Positions 51,225-64,000 of a DNA stretch of 64,000 nt are shown in pieces. Position numbers and translations under genes: made by a program. The stretch's first letter is position 1. Each line of letters opens with the position of its first letter. Below the pieces are notes generated by a model. That model was not told the DNA's origin. It saw only the letters and a list, made by a program, of their open reading frames with translations, and did no database searches. This stretch comes from Hydrolagus affinis (Eukaryota), in NCBI GenBank assembly GCA_012026655.1, contig JAAILG010001522.1, forward strand, positions 1 to 64,000. Direction: 5' to 3'.

Positions 51225-51590
51225 AATCCCTCCTTCAAATCCCTCCACTCCTCTGCACCTCCTATCTCTCTAATTTCCTCTCTCCTCAAACCAGCTCCCG
51301 TTGCCTTCGCTCCACCGGCTCTGGCCTCCTCCATGTCTCCCGAATCCTCCGCTCCACCCTCGGCAGCCGTGCCTTCAGCCACTACACCCCGAGGCTCTGG
51401 AATTCCCTTCCTCACTCCCTTTGCTTCGCTCCCTCTTTTCCCAGTATCAGGTCCCAGCTAAAGATCTTTCTCTTCGACCGCGCCTTTCTACCCCTGCCCC
51501 TGGTTCGGTCCCGAGATCCACTACTGTGAAGTGCTCTGAGATGCCGTCTGGCGTGGAGGGCGCTATATAAATCAAAGTTGTTGTTGTAGT
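51225..51590 (+). mobile_element. L2 3' fragment (tail type A)
   Basis: LRSTGSGLLHV...GSRAFSHYTPRLWNSLP...FLFDRAF, ending in (GTT)n. Confidence 0.9.
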
Positions 51591-54500
51591 CAACACAGCA
51601 CAGACACCCAATTGAAGGGATTTGTGAAGGGAATGGCGGGAGAGGAAAGAGCGAAGATGGGAAGCAGCGACTAGTTTCAGGATCTTGGAAGGGAAAGGTC
51701 AGTTGGAGATGGGGTGGTAATTTGAGAACACGAGTGGGTCCAGTGAGGGTTTTTTTAAAGCATGGGAGTGATGATGGACATTTTTAAAGGTGGGGGAACA
51801 GTGCCAGTGGATAGGGAGAGGTTTATGATGTCTGTGAGTAAAGGGCAAGGAAGTTGAGGGAGCAGAGGGTGTGGTTGGTGATGGAGAAGAGGAGGGTGAA
51901 CGAGGAGGATAGGTCATTATGAGAGGAAGTCCAGAGGGGCAGGAGTTTGGATAACTCGGAGTCAGCGGAGAGGGCGGTGAGGGAGATTTTTCTCCAGCAA
52001 TAACTGATTGACTTGCAGAATTTTGAATTTCATATCCTTTCCTTATAAACAGGTGTATATTTCACAAAAATTGTTAAACAAACGCTATAAAGTGGTTTGA
52101 ACCACACACACAATTAACCTTTCCCTCTTGATAATGCAAATAAGGATCTTCTAATCTTCACCCTGAGATTGTGACCAATTTTAATGCTGATTGTGGCCAT
52201 TTAGAGATTTGTTGCCGATGGTTTGCCTGGGATTCAAGGTTTAAAATAAATGAAAACAAAGTGTAAGGACTACTCTAAAGTAAGACGGGAGGTCTGTCTA
52301 ATTCTCTCCACAGCGCACGTCCTCTCGTATTGCGTTTTCACTCTTTTCGCAAAGCATAGAATAGCCTCAGCAAACAAACTGCGTAATTTGAAAGACTTGG
52401 TGGCAGTGGCACCAGGCAGCCAAGACACAGTAGCTCAAGAATGAAAGCCCTGCAGTCTTATTCAGACAGATCGAGTGAGGGGGAGCTGGGGGATGTGGAG
52501 GGGTCATAAAGCTAGGTTTCTAGTTCGGGCTCTTCATCTTCGAAGAATAATAATGATCCAACGTTTTGGACACTAGGCAACAATGATGAATGCCCAGGGA
52601 CGGAAATTCAGGGTCAAGGACCAGAGAAGTGTTTGAGAATGACAATTTGACACTGAACTGTCAGCTTGAATGTCCAATAGGCCTGAAATCACAAGGGTTC
52701 TCGACAGCAATGTTTACATTTCTAACAAGATCCATTTTGCTGTCACCACATACGGCTTAAGAAGGATCCTGGATAATAAGTATTTCTGACGAGCATAAAA
52801 TATTGAGGGCCAGGGGAAATCAAAACTGATGAGTTTTGATTGTTTCTCTTGCAATGAATATACACTGAAAATATACAGCATAAATTTAACCCCTTAAGCT
52901 CAGAATTTTATTTATTTTTTGAAAAAAAATGTTCTCTTCAAAGAGAATTTCTGTTCTCATTCCCAAGGTACCTAATGCACTGGAATCTACACACACACTC
53001 AGGAAAAAGCTTTCATTTAATTGAATGAGTCATCCATTCATTAGAAATCCTTTAGTGAAATAAGTTAGTGACCTTTATCATTTCCTACCTGAGGCTTTTT
53101 CATTATCAAGTATGATTGTAATGATAATAGAGAGGAATCTCCCGATCTACATGGTATTTATCAAATCAAATGGCTTGGCGCCAGTCTCCCAAACTGAAAT
53201 TGAATGGGTTTGTGGTTTCTGCCTTATATTTGAATTTGGCAATTGGCAAAAGGGACGACTGAATTTTGTCACACTTTTGCAACACAGTGTGAACACCTAT
53301 TTAGATGGCAGAATTACATGGATGTTTTGAGAAATTGAAAGTACGTACAACATATCTCACATGACTTATATGTGGTCTGCATGGAAATGTCAGCAGTTCC
53401 CTGGCGTGCGTGGAAAGAGAATGAAACTAGTATATTAACCAGATTCAAATCCAACTGAGGCATTTAATGCCCATTAAATCTCCTGCTAAATTCAAAAACA
53501 CAAGAATAAAATTGTAAAATACCTTGAAGAATAATCTTAGATTTACTGACTAGTCAAATTCCCACCAATCAGTTGCAAATACTTGTTCAGTAAACTTGTA
53601 CTGATTCTATCCTGGTCATTAATCCTTCACCATGTGAATGAATTAATCATACAGTAGTTTACCTAGGCCATAATAACAATTAATGTCCACAGTGATGTCG
53701 TTGGTAGCCAAACCGAGAGAATGAATGAAGTTGTTCAATTAAGTTTCCTATTATAAAAGTAGCAGTGATTTCATCAAGCAATGATGAAATTGCAGTATTT
53801 GGAAGATTGTTATAGTATGCTTGAACTGCCTTCTAGTTCAGGCTATCATGTGAAGTCTCCTGATCAGAATCGTGTTCAATGGTGCCCCTGTTAAATCGTT
53901 TTCCAAGAAATCTTGGCCAGAGTATTCTCTTCCAGAACAAGTATACGTTTTCATGGCTCAGTGCTCTAAAGTACCATTAGTTATAGCCATTAATCGAGAC
54001 ACTTTTCAGTGTCAAGGTCAGACTGTAAGAATTGTGGGGGAATCATTGATTGCAAGCCTCTGAGATGAATTCAACTGGAGAGGCCTCTTTCTCTTACTTA
54101 AAGGGCACGAAAAATTTCACTTGTTTCAACAAAATTGCGATTCTCTGAATATATGTCGGTCTTGAAGGTCTGCTGAACACACCAGTTGTGATCTGGTTTT
54201 CATTCCAGTGACAATAATTGTAGTTTCATTGTCTCAAGTATGAGAGGGTCGAAGAAATCAGGCCATTTGGAAACTCTTTACCTTTGAATCACATTTGGTA
54301 AAAATAAAATTGAACTCTGAACCTCTGCTAGCTTGTTCAGCCTTAATCTTCTATTCAAGCATTCCCAGGCAAAGAACAGGACACACCTGGAGGATTTGTT
54401 TATGAAAACCAAACATTCTTCATGATATTTCACAAATTGGTGCAGGTTACGCTTTGGAGCAGAAGCTATAGTTGCTGTGGTCGTTCATCATGGGAATCTC

Positions 54501-54856
54501 TGTTTGGTATATAGGAGTCAATTCAAATGCATTTATCACTGTTCTTTGTAGTTACAGAAGCAAAATATCCCAATATCAATTTGACCACACACTGAATTGA
54601 TAGTAGATCATGCAATGTGTTTCTGGTTCAGTCTTTCACACCTTTAGGAATTCTTGTTGATTGATAATTGTTGAATTTTTTTGTAAATATATTATCATTC
54701 ATTTTAAAATAAAGTACAAAACATATCTCGCCGTTTGATGAATGTCAGGTTGTGATGTTATTTATACTGTAGTAGTGGATGTGGTAGAATATTTGCATAA
54801 CAATTACAGCTGATTTCTGGAGCATTGTTTAATAATTTATCTTTATTTGTGTTCAG

Positions 54857-54944
54857 TGTCCTTGATAGTCCGAGTAGACTGGATGAAGAACACAGGCTGA
54901 TAGCGAGATATGCTGCTCGACTGGCTGCAGAAGCTGGAAACACA
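54857..54944 (+). CDS. DTNB: Beta-dystrobrevin exon, 88 bp, phase 2-0, second syntrophin-binding site ([29 protein letters not shown])
   Basis: Acceptor tttatttgtgttcag and donor ACA|gtaagt. The peptide is nearly identical to human [37 protein letters not shown] has MLESSNRL...AAESSS at this position. Confidence 0.98.
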
Positions 54945-56627
54945 GTAAGTACTGACTGCTGCCTCTTTCAGTGTATCTGTACCTCTCCAGTAATTATCTC
55001 TCCTCAAGTCTCCAGTGTCCAACAAATGACAACCATCCAGTGTGAAAGCTATACATGACTGGGTTTGTGCAAAGTGAAGAATGATTAGCTGGTAGTGATA
55101 TTCTCTGAATTAATTGAGGGCTTCAAGTAATGACATGAGCTTTGAAAGCGAAGTATGTGTAGTTTATAATGGTCACCTGGGGACTCTCTGGATAAACATT
55201 CTACTCATAGGAGAACTAAGAGAGAGAAAGAGAAGGAGATCGTCATCTCTGAATCATTGGGTAAACAGCTGAACCCACTGGGGATGAATTATTTGTGGTC
55301 AAAATTGCAGTCTGTTGGGTGAGTCTTGGTTTTCAGATCTTCTTAACAAAAAATCCAGTCATGTCTATAACGTTTCACTGTAAACGGATGGAGAAAGGCA
55401 CGGGATGAGACAGGACTAAAAAATGTCCTCAGACGATCTAGATAAATAGGACAGAGTTTAATAGATTAAAAGATTAAAACATGCCCTACAGCCATTTCTC
55501 CCATTTGCCTTTTTTTTTTAACCACAATTCAAAATTAGATTTGGGGGCAGGAGGCTGCCATTTCAGGTCAAGCTCCAAAGAATTGTTGTCAAACAGCATC
55601 GGGAAAAATGAGTTTAAATAATAAGCATTTGTCAGTGCTGACTGAGGAGAATTAGAGATCTGATTTATAGTTTGACTGCTTGGTTTTGTAACCAGCAAAA
55701 TGTGTTGATCCCATCTGAAGTTGTATCATGGAACCTATGATATCTGACACTTGAGTTACTCATCTGCGGAAGGCAGGAGTTTTTAAGCACAAAAACTGGA
55801 CAATATGTGTTTTCTGCTGGCTGAGTAAAACAACAAAGTCATATAAATTTCGCACCTTTCATGTAGCATAACATCTTGGAGCACTTCAAAAGGACAGGGG
55901 AAAATGCTAGGGTATGTCTAAAGAAGAAATGTTTGTGTAAAAGTGACAATAGAGGGTGACAATACAGCGTTTATACTTCAGTGACAGCTCTACCCAACCA
56001 AACCGGCTGCACATGTCACCCAATCCGCAGAGCTCCATGTTAATCGTTGTTGGAGATGATGGATTGGATGTTGACTCCGTCGTAATGATGGTTTTGAAGG
56101 GAGCCTGGAGGAAGCAGAGGGTCTTTGTTAGGGGAACTAGGTTCAAAATGAACAGAGATATTAGCTGCTGTTTCAAGTGACTACTGAATTCATAGTGACA
56201 GATAATTATGTTTATTTTATAAGCCCTTTGGAGTCCTGTGCCTCAGTGGCTCCAACAATACAAGAAATTGGTTTCCAACAGGGCAGGGAATTAAAGAGAA
56301 TTCTGCCATGCCCTTGTCTATTGTTCGGCTTGGCTCTCTCTCGCTTCAGGTCATATTTGCTTATGTTGAGAGCCCACGAATGGAAGCGGGAGGGTCTTGG
56401 TGGAAATGCTTCAGTGGCACAAAATTCCACCAAGTGGAAGCCTGAAGGATTATTTTGGTCTTTGCCTTCAAAACACACATACCAAACCAACTTATTGTAT
56501 ATCTGTATATCTCTTGAAATGTCTTGACTTGCAAAAAATTATTTAATTCAGCCCCTAATTTGAAAGATTATTTTCTGGCCTCAGATCTCTCATTTTTGTG
56601 TTTACCAATTATTCACTTTATGTTTAT

Positions 56628-56860
56628 AGATACATAGCAACAGAAGTAGGCCATTTTGCCCATTGAGCTTGTCCCACTACATTCCAAGATCATGGCCGAT
56701 CCGTGCCTCAGTTCTACCGACCGCCATCTCCGCCCTCTCTCCATATCCCTTGATACCCCTGCGTAACAGCATTTATCTATTTGTCTTTTGAATTGCCTTC
56801 AATTGGCTTTGCCTGCTCCGCCCTCTAGGGGAGTGAAATCCACATTCCTACTACCTGCAA
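56628..56860 (-). mobile_element. CR1 3' end
   Basis: catagcaacagaagtaggccattttgccc...gatcatggccgatc is the reverse complement of the CR1 3' UTR seen at 26990-27060. Confidence 0.75.
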
Positions 56861-56914
56861 CATTTTAAAAAAAGCTTCCATATTTCACCTTTAAACACAT
56901 TAAACTCAATTTTG

Positions 56915-57090
56915 GCTATAATAATAATCCTTGTATTTAATATAGCACTTTTCTTGTCTTCTAGATGTCTCAAAGTGCTTCACAGAATATACTGTAAAGT
57001 GAATTCATTCTGTATTTGTGGACGAAACGTGGCAGCCAATTGCGCAAAGCATGGTCCCACAAACATTCGTAGATTGAGTGACCAAATTAA
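56915..57090 (-). mobile_element. SINE 3' half
   Basis: Matches the body and tail of the full-length copies. Confidence 0.85.
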
Positions 57091-57299
57091 TATACCAAAA
57101 TTATAACAGTGTCCTGCAAACATGAATTGAATGTTTTTTTTTACAATATGACATTGTGGCATTGTGTACTCCAAGCGTTTTTTTTTATTCATGAACTCTG
57201 TGTATAAATTCAGGTGTAGCTTGTGCATCTTTATACATGAAGTAGAGCTGCTTCATTTAACTTCACTGACTCTCCAATTGGGACCTCTTTGTTGGTAAT

Positions 57300-58460
57300 T
57301 GTTTCTGTGCACACTTACCCCTCAGTCTGGCTTCCACGCTACCCACAACACCAACACAGCCCTGATCAAAGTCTTTAATGATAACCTGAACATCTGTGTT
57401 CAAGGCTGTCTCTGCCTCCTTGACTTCCTCTACCTCTCTGCCGCTTTTGACACTGTCGACCACTCCATCCTCCTACACTGCCTCTCCTCTCAGCTCAGTC
57501 TTCATGGATCTGCTCTTGCCTGCTTTGAATCTTATCTCTCCCACCATCTCCATTTTGTCCCCAATAACTGCTTCTCCTCCAGCGCCTGCACTGTCTTGTG
57601 TGGCATTTCCACAGGCTCTGTGCTTGACCCTCTCCTTTAAACCAGCTATATGCTCCCCCGGTGATATCTTCCACAGACAAGGAGTTCAACTTCCACATGT
57701 ACGCTGATCACACCCAAATCTATCTTTCTGCTTCTATCCTCGATTCCAGGCCCACTGCTGTCCTGACAGACTGCTTGTCAGACGTCAAGTCCTGGATAAG
57801 AGCTAACTTTCTACAGTTGAACGTCAATGACAAGGCCCTCTAAATTGTCTTGCACCATTGCCTCTGCACCTCAGGCACTGGCAGCATTAACCTCCATGCA
57901 CATTCCACCTCACCAAGCTAGTCAGGAACTTAAGTGTCTTGTTCGATCCTCAACTGTCTTTTCTCCCCCACATCCAAGCTTGACTCGCTCTGCCATCTCT
58001 CACCTCTGCAACATTGCCTGACTCCGCTCCTATCAGACCCCTCAGGTTGCTGAAACTTCATTACGTGCAGATTCAACTATTTCAATGCCCTTCGTGTCGG
58101 CCTCCCCAACTCCTTCCTCCATAGGCTGCAAATCATCCAGAACTCTGTAGCCTCACCTCCACAGCAGGCTCCGTGAACATATCACCCTCATTCTCGGCTG
58201 ATTCAATTCAAGATCCTGGTCCTCACCTCCAGCCCCCATTCACTGCAACCTACTTACCAACTGTCCGTTTCCTCTGATCTGTAGGCTCTGGCCTGCTCCA
58301 TTTCCCCCAACCCACCCATCCTGCCATTGGCAGGCGTGCCTTCAGCCACTCTGCCACCAACCTTTGGTATTCCATCCCTCAATCCCTCCACCTCACCCAC
58401 TCCCTAGTTTCCTTCAAGTCCCACCTCAAGACCCTCCTCCAACCATGCCATTGCTCACTC
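57300..58460 (+). mobile_element. L2 LINE ORF2 pseudogene fragment (RT to 3' end), the longest in the window
   Basis: QSGFHATHNTNTALIKVFND...LSAAFDTVDHSILL; FHMYADHTQIYLS...CLSDVKSWIRANFLQLN. Contains multiple frameshifts. Confidence 0.93.
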
Positions 58461-60814
58461 CCCTTCCCTTCACCCTCTGCAAACCCTACTGATCCCACCA
58501 CTTACTTTGTTCAGCAGGCATCCTGTATCATGTCCCTAGCTTTACTTGTCCTACCATCAGTGAGTGGGCCTTTTGGGCATTTCTCTAGAACTCCATCCTG
58601 CAGTAACCTCCAACTTGCTTACTCATGACCTACCTATGTCTCAAGACCTACCTCTTTAACCATGCTTTTGATTATTACCTCCAAAGTTTCCATAGGTTTA
58701 TTGTGTTGTTAGTGATGGTGGGATTTGTGCTTTATTAAGCTGGAACTTTATTTTTAGTGAGGTCAGCGACTTAATTCAAGGTTGAGAAATAAATGAGGAT
58801 ATGACAACTGGTGGTAAATATAGAGTTCAACATGATTTCAGTCTAGTGCTGTTGACATATATAAATTACTTACACTAAACTACCCATCTCTATATATGTT
58901 GCAGAAAGAGAGGAAACTGAATGATGCGATCATCTGACTGTCTTTGCTAGTTAGTTGATCTCAACTGGGGTCATCAATGATATACTCAAATTTGCTCCGT
59001 GGTTGACCTAAGGGGTTGGATTGGATTTGGTGAATTCCAAAGGCTGCGAGAAAGAAAGAAAGAAAGGGCGGGAGAGTGAAACAGTTGACCACTAGAGATG
59101 CCGATGAACTGTTTCACTCTTGGGATGAGCACTGGAGGGTGTATGGAATACACAGTTGGTTATACATTCAAGTGAGCCAGTTCCTTCCTGAAAGGAGGGA
59201 AAACATTTTTGGAGATAAGCCACCGCACAGCGCTGAACACCAAGTGGAAATAGGGAATTTATACCATGAGTTAGGAAGAACTCAGAAATGACAAACTTCT
59301 CTAATGAGTGAAATGGATGTGCTGGCTCCAGACATAGGATTTGCATGCCACCGTGACTTGAGTGCAGTTTAAAATCCTGTAGAAATTAAACAATCTTCGA
59401 TGTAGTTTATCAGTTTGCATTAATTAGCGCCATTTCAAGCATGGCAGGTGCTTCATCCTCATTAGATCTAGAGAAATTGTCTCTGACCTCCGATGTTCAA
59501 AATTCATTTCATTTTAATGAAGAATTAGAGCTCCCTTTTGACAAAACACGAGAAGGTGCTATAACGATGAGACGTAATGCCGCTGGTAGGTTTTAGTCCT
59601 ATGACAAGGTATAAAAATAAACTCTAAACTGAGAATATGTTAGAATTTCAATATATTTACTAGACTGGAGGGGTGGGGGCGGGGGAAAGAGGAGAGAGGG
59701 AGAGGATGGGGGTAATAATTTGTAAGATTTGTGAAAGGCACACGTCCCTCGTGTGTCTTACACCAACCTACCAGAACATAGGCGGTAGCTTTATTTTCCT
59801 GCAATCCAACTTCAAAGGAAAGTGAGATTGTTCCAAGTGGAATTCTTTTAGGTGGGCAGAAGCCCACTACACAGACATTCCCAAAACAGAGTCAGGCTGA
59901 GAGAGGCATAACAGAGACAGCTAGGTTCATTGTGATTTATTTTTAGCGTTTTTTTTAATAATTTTAAATGGGAATGAGTGATCAATTTTGCATTCAAGAA
60001 CCACATTACATTTATCATGTTTCTTGGAGATGGTCCAGAAGGAGGTTTGAGTTGTGGGTGGGTGGATGTGTGGGTGGGGGGGAGAAGGTGAGGGCGGTGG
60101 AGTGTGTGGGCAGCTGAGTGATGGTGGAACAGACTTACAATAACAGCAATTTGGAGCCCACTTGCTGGGTAGCTCTCAGAGTCAACACTGGCACAATTCT
60201 CCCCGTGTCAATGTCAGAAGCTCTGTGTTGGAAACAACAGAAGCTGGTGCAATGGTGTTTAAACCTAATTGTTTTTAAAATGGATCAGTACTTAGTTTGA
60301 AAAGTGTGGTTGGGTTGAGCTGGTCACCGAGCCGATCAACAAATGATGCTGACTCCAGGGCGCGCCCATTACTAACACATATCCCTGCTTTACCACGTCT
60401 CAAAGTGCTTCACAGAATGCACTGTAAAGTGAATTGGCTATATTTTGTAAGCGAAAATATACAGTTTCACTGGAGTGTGAATTCATTTACAATCCATGAC
60501 TGACGTTGATTTGTGGTTACTGAAAATGCAATAAACTTTTTTGTTTTGGGCACAGACAAGCCAGATTCATGTACAACAAAACAACAACAACAACAGTATT
60601 ACATTCATTGAGCGCCTTTCACGTTGGGAGGATGTACATGCACACAGTGTGCAGGAAACAATCCCAGCACTTCTTTAGACTGTGGACCTGGTCTTCATAA
60701 GATTAAATAAAGTCTTAAAATCTTGTGACTGAGAAGCTAGATTGCCTGGCCTCCATTCGCCTGCCATGTCTTCTGTCTATGGAGCCACACTCAAAGAGAT
60801 GGGTAATCTCTTAA

Positions 60815-61125
60815 ATCTCTGATCAGGTTTTGAAAGTGAAGATGGAGCAGTTGAAGTAAAGGGATTTTAGAAGAGAGTTTGCCACGGTGTGGGCAAAGTG
60901 GCTGGAAATGGCCACTAATTGGTGACTGTGAGACAGTCGGCAGAGTTGGCATGACAGAGGGAGTAGCTGGAGAACAGGGCTGTGGGGGATCTTAGAGGCA
61001 CAGCAAGGAAAAGTCTTGGAGGTATTTGAAGGTATTTGAAGGGAAGGATGAAGATTTTTTTTAGTTGCTCTGGGGTATAGGAAGCCATTGTAGCCAGGCA
61101 TCGATGGGCATGATGGACTCGTGGA
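60815..61125 (-). mobile_element. Old L2 3' fragment
   Basis: Purine-rich. tatttgaagggaaggatgaagatt...ggaagccattgtag is the reverse complement of the KI.IL.FK/HWLP region. Confidence 0.6.
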
Positions 61126-61412
61126 GCCTAGTGTTCTGAGTGATGGGCACTATACAGATGCAAGTTGTTGTTTGTGTTGGATGGTGCAGGAGAGTTGTAA
61201 TGTGCTTGTTGTTCTCGAGCATCTCCAGCTAGAGGCCAGCGAGTGGGGTGTTGGAAAAGTAAAACAGAATGAACGAATGCAATTGGTACCATGGATCTCC
61301 TCCATCCCACATACAGTGAGGTACTGTGGAGAGGCACAGCTGGAAAATGGACTAAAGTGAATGCAAAGCCCAGTTTTTGAGTCCTGTTTGCTTTGTTCCC
61401 TTTTTTTTTTAG

Positions 61413-61498
61413 CAGCGATCCGCCTCGGAGCTGGCCTTCAACTTTGATGCCAACAAGCAGCAGCGGCAGCTAATTGCAGAACTGGAAAATAAAAATAG
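61413..61498 (+). CDS. DTNB: Beta-dystrobrevin exon, 86 bp, phase 0-2, start of coiled-coil helix 1 (QRSASELAFNFDANKQQRQLIAELENKN-R)
   Basis: Poly-T acceptor ttttag(cag) and donor AG|gtaaga. FNFDANKQQRQLIAELENKNR is the DTNB-type sequence; DTNA has FTIDANK. Confidence 0.97.
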
Positions 61499-61634
61499 GT
61501 AAGAAAATAAAAGTCAATATAAATGGAGTGACATTGGAATCCTAGGCCACTCCATAAGTGTGAATAACCTAAAACCAACCAGAAGAGCCTCAGAAAAGGT
61601 ATGTTTTACCTGATGAATGTTGAAGGCATTTGTT

Positions 61635-61745
61635 GAAGCAACATCCCAAATTGACAACGGGATATCACATGATATCATATTCTTACATTTCCTAAAGGCC
61701 TTTGACAAAGTACCACATGCGAGTACCACATAAGTGTGCCTTATG
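61635..61745 (+). mobile_element. Short CR1 RT fragment
   Basis: ttcctaaaggcctttgacaaagtaccacat encodes F.KAFDKVPH. Confidence 0.7.
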
Positions 61746-63659
61746 AACTTTAGAAACAACCCATTCAAATGCCGAGTTTTTACATCAAGCGCTTCGGTTT
61801 ACAAAACAATCTTCGCTCTAAATGTTGTCTTGGAAAACTGTAAAATGGGATGCAAAATGATCATCAAACATTCACCCAAATTCCTGCTGCTCCTAGGCAG
61901 ATGAAGATTGTTGATATGCTGTGTATCTTGCTGGAAGTGAAGTCATATTGCTTCCACGGTAAAGCAATTGGAAGTGCAAAGCCTGAATTATACTTCTCTC
62001 TCTTTCTCCTGATTACACTGGCCATGGTTTGAAGAGAGGGATACCATTTACATAGTGCTTTTCACATCAGGAGGATGTCTCAAAGTGCTGATATTCAAAA
62101 CATTAACTGACATTTACTGACATTAAAAAAAATTATCCTTTAACAGTTCCTAAAGCAGCCCAAGAACTTCCCATTGGCCACCAAATTGATTTCCCCCGTT
62201 GTATTTTTACTGCAGTTGTGTAAATTATTGTGCAGGTAAACCAACTAAAGGTGGCCATGAACCCTGATCTCCAGCGTGATTGGAGAAATGAAATCACACA
62301 ATCTGACATGGTGCAATAAATTAAAGGAGTTGAATCAACTGAATGGCCTCCTGCTATTCAGGTGTTCCTATAATCCACTTTAATAGTATACCAATTTATT
62401 CTGTGTGAACCACTGGGAGAGATGGGATATCAACTCAGGCATTGAATATTAACTCATTCGGAAAGGAGCTTTGAAGTAAAACTTGGCTGTGGAGGCCAAG
62501 CCTTTTTTTTTTGTCTTTCAATGAAACAAGCTGAAAAGTAGTAAAATTCCCTGTTATTTCTCAACACAAGGAGGTGTAATTTGTGAAAGTTCTAGTGTGT
62601 TGGATCATTGAGTTGCTAGTCAATGTGACATTGCTTCAGTATCCATAATTACCTTCAGCCGAATGCTGTAGATGTAACCATCTTCTCCAAGACAAAATCC
62701 TGCTCGTTGGGAACATCTGTTTTGTAATTTATGGCTCCAGTTTTCTTCCAGGGCTGCAGTGTTGCCTAACTGTCTAAAGCACAGGCCATTCTTTGTGCAT
62801 CTGAATTAAAGTTAAACTTCCACTGTTTTGCTCTATGACTCTAAGGTTCCAGGTTTGTACAGTGAGCACACGCAATCTGATGTGGTATAAACTAGTTTGG
62901 AAAATAGGAAAAGAGAAGGAGAAAGAAAATAGGAAAAGAAAAATAGCCCATCATACTGCCAGTTTATTAGATCATGGCAGATCTTTTCATCCCATTTTCC
63001 TGTCTCTTCTTCTCAATCCTCCTCAACTCCCTTATTTTCCAAGGATCTAAATGCAAAGATTATTATTATGATTATTATTGTTATTTAGCTATCTGGCTAT
63101 CTCCCTTTCAAATATTCCCATTGATTTTGCTTTTGTCGCCATCGGAGGTAGTGCATTCCACAGTTTATATCAAACACCTCAGTGAGCGCTGTGATATTAT
63201 GGGGATGGAGACATTTTCGGACTCAAAGCCAGCAAGCAGATTGGAACCACAATAAGATGCACTCATGCGTATGACGGGTTCATTTATCAAGCACAAGAGT
63301 TTTCTTTTAAATTTCAGTGTTAATTCTACCTCACCAAAATTTCACTTCAAATGTTTGGCATTCTAGCAGGGTTTGCCACAATGGAACGACCCATGAATAA
63401 TGCTGTAATTTACACACGAAAGCTGCTGAAAATTGACGCTGACCTCGGGTCAATGATGACACAATCTGAGCTATCACCACAAGTATTGAAACCACTTCAG
63501 TTGACTTGTATTCCGCTGGTGTGGCTATACATCCAAGGGTTCTATTAACTTTCTAAATTGTTTCATCGCATTCCTTGAACACGAAAAGTGATGGATCAGT
63601 TATTGCTCCTAGATTCTTTCCAAAATCTCTCTCCCTTAATTAGATTTCATTCGTTGTAT

Positions 63660-63772
63660 AATAATAATAATCCTTGGATTTGATATAGCGCTTTTCACAT
63701 CTTATCAATGTCTCAAAGCGCTTCACAGAATATACTGTGAAGTGAATTGACTGTATATTTGTGGGCGAAATT
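63660..63772 (-). mobile_element. SINE 3' fragment
   Basis: aataataatccttggatttgatatagcgcttttcac...gtgaattgactgtatatttgtgggcgaaa. Confidence 0.88.
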
Positions 63773-64000
63773 TTATATTTATGCCACACATTTTGCTACC
63801 TGTGTATTATTTTATCTCACGTCTATGTGTAATACTGTACTTCATGTCTTTCTGTGTATTTTGACCAATTTCATATCCAAACTAAATCCTCACAATGTTA
63901 CTTGGGAAGAAATTCCACGTAGGTCTAGATTTATGCACAGTTTTGATTCTCCACAATTTGACAAATTGTTGAATTCACCTTTTTAAACCTCCACCATATA

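Overview
Vertebrate genomic DNA. The LINE/SINE repertoire suggests a cartilaginous fish, possibly a chimaera; this is an inference. The window lies inside the beta-dystrobrevin gene (DTNB) on the + strand. Four internal coding exons are recognisable: 22153-22236, 48289-48378, 54857-54944 and 61413-61498. They splice in frame and encode the syntrophin-binding region and the start of the dystrophin-binding coiled coil. The rest is intron, densely filled with 5'-truncated L2 and CR1 LINEs, a young tRNA-headed SINE with an L2-type tail, older SINE relics, several Tc1/mariner-type MITEs, one hAT-like transposon end and Penelope-like fragments. Almost all ORFs in the supplied track are LINE debris or chance ORFs. 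I see no clearly new biological system. The best leads are a candidate frame-preserving 15-nt microexon, a candidate alpha-dystrobrevin-3-like terminal exon, a NAGNAG acceptor, a tail-swapped SINE present in two copies, a decayed hammerhead-ribozyme motif, a 60-nt hairpin and an RFX/E-box-rich intronic element. Repeat boundaries are approximate. Comparisons with human proteins and repeat families come from memory, not from a database search.
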